The notes beneath the pieces were generated by a model that was not told where the DNA came from, searched no databases, and saw only the letters and a list, made by a program, of their open reading frames with translations. 64,000 nt of DNA, taken from the human T2T-CHM13v2.0 reference genome, Homo sapiens. This document shows positions 1-8,096 of this stretch, piece by piece. The stretch lies in assembly GCF_009914755.1 (NCBI RefSeq), contig NC_060925.1. One strand, given 5' to 3'. The translations under genes were made by a program, and so were the position numbers. Within the stretch, counting starts at the first letter, position 1, and each line of letters opens with the position of its first letter.

Positions 1-260
1 TCACAGAGTTGAACGATCCTTTACAGAGAGCAGACTTGAAACACTCTTTTTGTGGAATTTGCAAGTGGAGATTTCAGCCGCTTTGGGGTCAATGGTAGAA
101 TAGGAAATATCTTCCTATAGAAACTAGACAGAATCATTCTCATAAACTCCTTTGTGATGTGTGCGTTCAACTCACAGAGTTTAACTTTTCTTTTCATAGA
201 GCAGTTAGGAAACACTCTGTTTGTAAAGTCTGCAAGTGGATATTCAGACCTCTTTGAGGC

Positions 261-277
261 CTTCGTTGGAAACGGGA
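261..277 (+). promoter_or_regulatory. CENP-B box (representative; position recurs every ~340 bp, about 80% keep the core)
   Basis: CTTCGTTGGAAACGGGA at 261, 601, 941, 1281, 1621 and onward matches the 17-bp box with core NTTCGNNNNANNCGGGN. The B-dimer version ends ...CGGGT and keeps the core. A manual tally gives roughly 35 of ~188 positions with a core mutation. Confidence 0.97.
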
Positions 278-429
278 TTTCTTCATATTATGCTAGACAG
301 AATAATTCTCAGTAACTTCCTTGTTTTGTGTGTATTCAACTCACAGAGTTGAACGATCCTTTACAGAGAGCAGACTTGAAACACTCTTTTTGTGGAATTT
401 GCAAGTGGAGATTTCAGCCGCTTTGAGGT

Positions 430-446
430 CTATGGTAGAAAAGGAA
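430..446 (+). promoter_or_regulatory. pJ-alpha-like (A-box) site in the non-CENP-B monomer (representative)
   Basis: CTATGGTAGAAAAGGAA (usually CAATGGTAGAA[A/T]AGGAA) occupies the position homologous to the CENP-B box in alternate monomers and resembles the pJ-alpha consensus CTAYGGTGRAAAAGGAA. Confidence 0.7.
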
Positions 447-1687
447 ATATCTTCGTATAAAGACTAGACAGAATGATTCTCAGAAACTCCTTTGTGATGT
501 GTGCGTTCAACTCACAGAGTTTAACCTTTCTTTTCATAGAGCAGTTATTAAACACTCTGTTTGTAAAGTCTGCAAGTGGATATTCAGACCTCCTTGAGGC
601 CTTCGTTGGAAACGGGATTTCTTCATATTCTGCTAGACAGAAGAATTCTCAGTAACTTCCTTGTGTTGTGTGTATTCAACTCACAGAGTTGAACGATGCT
701 TTACACAGAGCAGACTTTAAACACTCTTTTTGTGGAATTTGCAAGTGGAGATTTCAGCCGCTTTGAGGTCAATGGTAGAAAAGGAAATATCTTCGAACAA
801 AGACTTGACAGAATGATTCTCAGAAACTCCTTTGTGATGTGTGCGTTCAACTCACAGAGTTTAACTTTTCTTTTCATAGAGCAGTTAGGAAACACTCTGT
901 TTGTAAAGTCTGCAAGTGTATATTCAGATCTCTTTGAGGCCTTCGTTGGAAACGGGATTTCTTCATATTATGCTAGACAGAATAATTCTCAGTAACTTCC
1001 TTGTGTTGTGTGTATTCAACTCACAGAGTTGAACGATCCTTTACAGAGAGCAGACTTGAAACACTCTTTTTGTGGAATTTGCAAGTGAAGATTTCAGCCG
1101 CTTTGAGGTCAATGGTAGAATAGGAAATATCTTCCTATAGAAACTAGACAGAATGATTCTCAGAAACTATTTTGTGATGTGTGCGTTCAACTCACAGAGT
1201 TTAACTTTTCTTTTCATAGACCAGTTAGGAAACACTCTGTTTGTAAAGTCTGCAAGTGGATATTCAGACATCTTTGAGGCCTTCGTTGGAAACGGGATTT
1301 CTTCATATTCTGCTAGACAGAAGAATTCTCAGTAACTCCCTTGTGTTGTGTGTATTCAACTCACAGAGTTGAACGATCCTTTACACAGAGCAGACTTGAA
1401 ACAATCTTTTTGTGGAATTTGCAAGTGGAGATTTCAGCCGCTTTGAGGTCAATAGTAGAAAAGGAAATATCTTCGTAGAAAAACTAGACAGAATGATTCT
1501 CAGAAACTCCTTTGTGATGTGTGTGTTCAACTCACAGAGTTTAACCTTTCTTTTCATAGAGCAGTTAGTAAACACTCTGTTTATAAAGTCTGCAAGTGGA
1601 TATTCAGACCCCTTTGAGGCCTTCGTTGGAAACGGGATTTCTTCATATTATGCTCGACAGAAGAATTCTCAGTAACTTCCTTGTGTT

Positions 1688-2027
1688 GTGTGTATTCAAC
1701 TGACAGAGTTGAACTTTCATTTAGAGAGAGCAGATTTGAAACACTGTTTTTGTGGAATTTGCAAGTGGAGATTTCAAGCGCTTTGGGGCCAAAGGCAGAA
1801 AAGGAAATATCTTCGTATAAAAACTAGACAGAATCATTCTCAGAAACTGCTGCGTGATGTGTGCGTTCAACTCTCAGAGTTTAACTTTTCTTTTCATTCA
1901 GCGGTTTGGAAACACTCTGTTTGTAAAGTCTGCACGTGGATATTTTGACCACTTAGAGGCCTTCGTTGGAAACGGGTTTTTTGCATGTAAGGCTAGACAG
2001 AAGAATTCCCAGTAACTTCTTTGTGTT
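1688..2027 (+). repeat. Diverged marker dimer B (representative of ~35 copies)
   Basis: Diagnostic strings AACTGACAG, GAACTTTCATTTAGAGAGAG, AAGCGCTTTGGGGCCAAAGGCAG, CTGCTGCGTG, CATTCAGCGGTTTGG, TGCACGTGG, GACCACTTAG, CATGTAAGGC. Starts at 1688, 3725, 6732, 8432, 10132, 13533, 16254, 18628, 21344, 23384, 25085, 27464, 29505, 31884, 33925, 35966, 37665, 39707, 41405, 43444, 45143, 46502, 48537, 49555, 51254, 53289, 54307, 56006, 57705, 59402, 60422, 62121, plus hybrids near 4405, 26105, 30525 and a partial at 12172. Confidence 0.92.
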
Positions 2028-2363
2028 GTGTACATTCAACTCACAGAGTTGAACGTTCCCTTAGAGCAGATTTGAAACACTCTATTTGTGCAATTTGCAA
2101 GTGTAGATTTCAAGCGCTTTAAGGTCAATGGCAGAAAAGGATATATCTTCGTTTCAAAACTAGACAGAATCATTCCCACAAAACTGCGTTGTGATGTGTT
2201 CGTTCAACTCACAGAGTTTAACCTTTCTGTTCATAGAGCAGTTAGGAAACACTCTGTTTGTAAAGTCTGTAAGTGGATATTCTGACATCTTGTGGCCTTC
2301 GTTGGAAACGGGATTTCTTCATATTCTGCTAGACAGAAGAATTCTCAGTAACTTCCTTGTGTT
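2028..2363 (+). repeat. Diverged marker dimer C (representative; normally follows B directly)
   Basis: Diagnostic strings GAACGTTCCCTTAG, CTCTATTTGTGCAATTTG, GTGTAGATTTC, CGTTTCAAAAC, CATTCCCACAAACTGCGTTG, GTCTGTAAGTGG, CTGACATCTTGTGGCC (1 bp shorter than A before the box). Confidence 0.9.
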
Positions 2364-5300
2364 GTGTGTATTCAACTCACAGAGTTGAACGATCCTTTAC
2401 ACAGAGCAGACTTGAAACACTCTTTTTGTGGAATTTGCAAGTGGAGATTTCAGCCGCTTTGAGGTCAATGGTAGAAAAGGAAATATCTTCGTATAAAGAC
2501 TAGACAGAATGATTCCCAGAAACTCCTTTGTGATGTGTGCGTTCAAATCACAGAGTTTAACCTTTCTGTTCATAGAGCAGTTAGGAAACACTCTGTTTGT
2601 AAAGTCTGCCAGTGGATATTCAGACCTCCTTGATTCCTTCGTTGGAAATGGGATTTCTTCATATTCTGCTAGACAGAAGAATTCTCAGTAACTTCCTTGT
2701 GTTGTGTGTATTCAACTCACAGAGTTGAACGATCCTTTACAGAGAGCAGACTTGAAACACTCTTTTTGTGGAATTTGCAAGTGGAGATTTCAGCCGCTTT
2801 GAGGTCAACGGTAGAATAGGAAATATCTTCCTATTGAAACTAGACAGAATGATTCTCATAAACTCCTTTGTGATGTGTGCGTTCAACTCACAGAGTTTAA
2901 CCTTTCTTTTCATAGAGCAGTTAGGAAACACTTTTTTTGTAAAGTCTGCAAGTGGATATTCAGACCTCCTTGAGGCCTTCTTTGGAAACGGGATTTCTTC
3001 ATATTCTGATAGACAGAAGAATTCTCAGTAACTTTCTTGTGTTGTGTGTATTCAACTCACAGAGTTGAACGATCCTTTACACAGAGCAGACTTGAAACAC
3101 TCTTTTTGTGGAATTTGCAAGTGGAGATTTCAGCCGCTTTGAGGTCAATGGTAGAAAAGGAAACTATCTTCCTATAAAGACTAGACAGAATGATTCTCAG
3201 AAAATCCTTTGTGATGTGTGCGTTCAAATCACAGAGTTTAACCTTTCTTTTCATAGAGCAGTTAGGAAACACTCTGTTTGTAAAGTCTGCAAGTGGATAT
3301 TCAGACCTCCTTGAGGCCTTCATTGGAAACGGGATTTCCTCATATTCTGCTAGACAGAAGATTTCTCAGTAACTTCCTTGTGTTGTGTGTATTCAACTCA
3401 CAGAGTTGAACGATCCTTTACCCAGAGCAGAGTTGAAACACTCTTTTTGTGGAATTTGCAAGTGGAGATTTCAGCCGCTTTGAGGTCAATGGTAGAAAAG
3501 GAAATATCTTCGTATAAAGACTAGACAGAATGATTCTCAGAAACTCCTTTGTGATGTCTGCGTTCAACTCACAGAGTTTAACTTTTCTTTTCATAGAGCA
3601 GTTAGTAAACACTCTGTTTATAAAGTCTGCAAGTGGATATTCAGACCCCTCTGAGGACTTCGTTGGAAACGGGATTTCTTCATATTATGCTAGACAGAAG
3701 AATTCTCAGTAACTTCCTTGTGTTGTGTGTATTCAACTGACAGAGTTGAACTTTCATTTAGAGAGAGCAGATTTGAAACACTGTTTTTGTGGAATTTGCA
3801 AGTGGAGATTTCAAGCGCTTTGGGGCCAAAGGCAGAAAAGGAAATATCTTCGTATAAAAACTAGACAGAATCATTCTCAGAAACTGCTGCATGATGTGTG
3901 CGTTCAACTCTCAGAGTTTAACTTTTCTTTTCATTCAGCGGTTTGGAAACACTCTGTTTGTAAAGTCTGCACGTGGATATTTTGACCACTTAGAGGCCTT
4001 CGTTGGAAACGGGTTTTTTGCATGTAAGGCTAGACAGAAGAATACCTAGTAACTTCCTTGTGTTGTGTGCATTCAACTCACAGAGTTGAACGATCCTTTA
4101 CAGAGAGCAGGCTTGAAACACTCTTTTTGTGGAATTTGCAAGTGGAGATTTCAGCCGCTTTGAGGTCAATGGTAGAATAGGAAATATCTTCCTATTGAAA
4201 CTAGACAGAATGATTCTCATAAACTCCTTTGTGATGTGTGCGTTCAACTCACAGAGTTTAACCTTTCTTTTCATAGAGCAGTTAGGAAACACTCTGTTTG
4301 TAAAGTCTGCAAGTGGATATTCAGACCTCCTTGAGGCCTTCTTTGGAAACGGGATTTCTTCATATTCTGATAGACAGAAGAATTCTCAGTAACTTTCTTG
4401 TGTTGTGTGTATTCAACTCACAGAGTTGAACTATCCTTTACACAGAGCAGACTTGAAACACTCTTTTTGTGGAATTTGCAAGTGGAGATTTCAAGCGCTT
4501 TGGGGCTAAAGGCAGAAAAGGAAATATCTTCGTATAAAAACTAGACAGAATCATTCTCAGAAACTGCTGCGTGATGTGTGCGTTCAACTCTCAGAGTTTA
4601 ACTTTTCTTTTCATTCAGCGGTTTGGAAACACTCTGTTTGTAAAGTCTGCACGTGGATATTTTGACCACTTAGAGGCCTTCGTTGGAAACGGGTTTTTTG
4701 CATGTAAGGCTAGACAGAAGAATTCCCAGTAACTTCCTTGTGTTGTGTGCATTCAACTCACAGAGTTGAACGTTCCCTTAGAGAGAGCAGATTTGAAACA
4801 CTCTATTTGTGCAATTTGCAAGTGTAGATTTCAAGCGCTTTAAGGTCAATGGCAGAAAAGGAAATATCTTCGTTTCAAAACTAGACAGAATCATTCCCAC
4901 AAACTGCGTTGTGATGTGTTCGTTCAACTCACAGAGTTTAACCTTTCTGTTCATAGAGCAGTTAGGAAACACTCTGTTTGTAAAGTCTGTAAGTGGATAT
5001 TCTGACATCTTATGGCCTTCGTTGGAAACGGGATTTCTTCATATTCTGCTAGACAGAAGAATTCTCAGTAACTTCCTTGTGTTGTGTGTATTCAACTCAC
5101 AGAGTTGAACGATCCTTTACACAGAGCAGACTTGAAACACTCTTTTTGTGGAATTTGCAAGTGGAGATTTCAGCCGCTTTGAGGTCAATGGTAGAAAAGG
5201 AAATATCTTCGTATAAAGACTAGACAGAATGATTCTCAGAAACTCCTTTGTGATGTGTGCGATCAACTCACAGAGTTTAACCTTTCTTTTCATAGAGCAG

Positions 5301-5650
5301 TTAGGAAACACTCTGTTTGTAAAGTCTGCAAGTGGATATTCAGACCTCCTTGAGGCCTTCTTTGGAAACGGGATTTCTTCATATTCTGCTAGACAGAAGA
5401 ATTCTCAGTAATTTCCTTGTGTTGTGTGTATTCAACTCACAGAGTTGAACGATCCTTTACACAGAGCAGACTTGAAACACTCTTTTTGTGGAATTTGCAA
5501 GTGGAGATTTCAGCCGCTTTGAGGTCAATGGTAGAAAAGGAAATATCTTCGTATAAAGACTAGACAGAAAGATTCTCAGAAACTCCTTTGTGATGTGTGC
5601 GTTCAACTCACAGAGTTTAAATTTTCTTTTCATAGAGCAGTTAGGAAACA

Positions 5651-5663
5651 CTCTGGAAACGGG
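5651..5663 (+). other. 49-bp deletion junction that truncates a monomer and removes the 5' half of a CENP-B box
   Basis: The sequence reads CTCTG|GAAACGGG instead of CTCTG-TTTGTAAAG...CCTTCGTTG-GAAACGGG. Dimer spacing here is 291 bp (5437 to 5728), which equals 340 minus 49. Confidence 0.95.
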
Positions 5664-8096
5664 ATTTCTTCATATTATGCTATACAGAATAATTCTCAGT
5701 AACTTCCTTGAGTTGTGTGTATTCAACTCACAGAGTTGTACGATCCTTTACACAGAGCAGACTTGAAACACTCTTTTTGTGTAATTTGCAAGTGGAGATT
5801 TCAGCCGCTTTGAGGTCAATGGTAGAAAAGGAAACTATCTTCGTATAAAGACTAGACAGAATGATTCTCAGAAAATCCTTTGTGATGTGTGCGTTCAACT
5901 CACAGAGTTTAACTTTTCTTTTCATATAGCAGTTAGGAAACACTTTGTTTGTAAAGTCTGCAAGTGGATATTCAGACCTCTTTGAGGCCTTCGTTGGAAA
6001 CGGGATTTCTTCATATTCTGCTAGACAGAAGAATTCTCAGTAACTTCCTTGTGTTGTGTGTATTCAACTCACAGAGTTGAACGATCCTTTACACAGAGCA
6101 GACTTGAAACACTCTTTTTGTGGAATTTGCAAGTGGAGATTTCAGCCGCTTTGAGGTCAATTGTAGAAAAGGAAATATCTTCGTATAAAGACTAGACAGA
6201 ATGATTCTCAGAAACTCCTTTGTGATGTGTGCGTTCAACTCACAGAGTTTAACTTTTCTTTTCATAGAGCAGTTAGGAAACACTCTGTAATGTCTGCAAG
6301 TGGATATTCAGACCTCTTTGAGGCCTTCGTTGGAAACGGGATTTCTTCATATTATGCTAGACAGAATAATTCTCAGTAACTTCCTTGTGTTGTGTGCATT
6401 CAACTCACAGAGTTGAACGATCCTTTACAGAGAGCAGACTTGAAACACTCTTTTTGTGGAATTTGCAAGTGGAGATTTCAGCCGCTTTGAGGTCAATTGT
6501 AGAATAGGAAATATCTTCCTACAGAAACTAGACAGAATGATTCTCATAAACTCCTTTGTGATGTGTGCGTTCAACTCACAGAGTTTAACCTTTCTTTTCA
6601 TAGAGCAGTTAGGAAACACTCTGTTTGTAAAGTCTGCAAGTGGATATTCAGACCTCTTTGAGGCCTTCGTTGAAAACGGGATTTCTTCATATTCTGCTAG
6701 ACAGAAGAATTCTCAGTAACTTCCTTGTGTTGTGTGTATTCAACTGACAGAGTTGAACTTTCATTTAGATAAAGCAGATTTGAAACACTGTTTTTGTGGA
6801 ATTTGCAGGTGGAGATTTCAAGCGCTTTGGGGCCAAAGGCAGAAAAGGAAATATCTTCGTATAAAAACTAGACAGAATCATTCTCAGAAACTGCTGCGTG
6901 ATGTGTGCGTTCAACTCTCAGAGTTTAACTTTTCTTTTCATTCAGCGGTTTGGAAACACTCTGTTTGTAAAGTCTGCACGTGGATATTTTGACCACTTAG
7001 AGGCCTTCGTTGGAAACGGGTTTTTTTCATGTAAGGCTAGACTGAAGAATTCCCAGTAACTTCCTTGTGTTGTGTGCATTCAACTCACAGAGTTGAACGT
7101 TCCCTTAGACAGAGCAGATTTGAAACACTCTATTTGTGCAATTTGCAAGTGTAGATTTCAAGCGCTTTAAGGTCAATGGCAGAAAAGGAAATATCTTCGT
7201 TTCAAAACTAGACAGAATCATTCCCACAAACTGCGTTGTGATGTGTTCGTTCAACTCACAGAGTTTAACCTTTCTGTTCATAGAGCAGTTAGGAAACACT
7301 CTGTTTTTAAAGTCTGTAAGTGGATATTCTGACCTCCTTGAGGGCTTCGTTGGAAACGGGATTTCTTCATATTCTGCTAGACAGAAGAATTCTCAGTAAC
7401 TTCCTTGTGTTGTGTGTATTCAACTCACAGAGTTGAACGATCCTTTACACAGAGCAGACTTGAAACACTCTTTTTGTGGAATTTGAAGTGGAGAATTCAG
7501 CCGCTTTGAGGTCAATGGTAGAAAAGGAAACTATCTTCGTATAAAGACTAGACAGAATGATTCTCAGAAAATCCTTTGTGATGTGTGCGTTCAACACACA
7601 GAGTTTAACTTTTCTTTTCTTAGAGCAGTTAGGAAACAGTCTGTTTGTAAAGTCTGCAAGTGGATATTCAGACCTCTTTGAGGCCTTCGTTGGAAACGGG
7701 ATTTCTTCATATTATGCTAGACAGAATAATTCTCAGTAACTTCCTTGTGTTGTGTGTATTCAACTCACAGAGTTGAACGATCCTTTACAGAGAGCAGACT
7801 TGAAACACTCTTTTTGTGGAATTTGCAAGTGGAGATTTCAGCCGCTTTGTGGTCAATGGTAGAATAGGAAATATCTTCCTATAGAAACTAGACAGAATGA
7901 TTCTCAGAAACTCCTTTGTGATGTGTGCGTTCAACTCACAGAGTTTAACCTTTCTTTTCATAGAGCAGTTAGGAAACACTCTGTTTGTAAAGTCTGCAAG
8001 TGGATATTCAGACCTCTTTGAGGCCTTCGTTGGAAACGGGATTTCTACATATTCTGCTAGACAGAAGAATTCTCAGTAACTTCCTTGTGTTGTGTG

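Noticed and set aside
335-353. Hairpin plus nearby T-runs as an intrinsic terminator or structured ncRNA
   Set aside because: This is eukaryotic satellite context with an AT-rich stem and no adjacent U-tract. Alpha-satellite transcripts exist in general, but no transcription unit can be defined from sequence.
1688-1948. Cys/His-rich ORF (HCFCGIC...HSVCKVC) resembling a zinc finger
   Set aside because: It results from TGTG-rich satellite sequence, has no valid domain spacing, and is interrupted in other copies (e.g. TAA at GGGGCTAAA).
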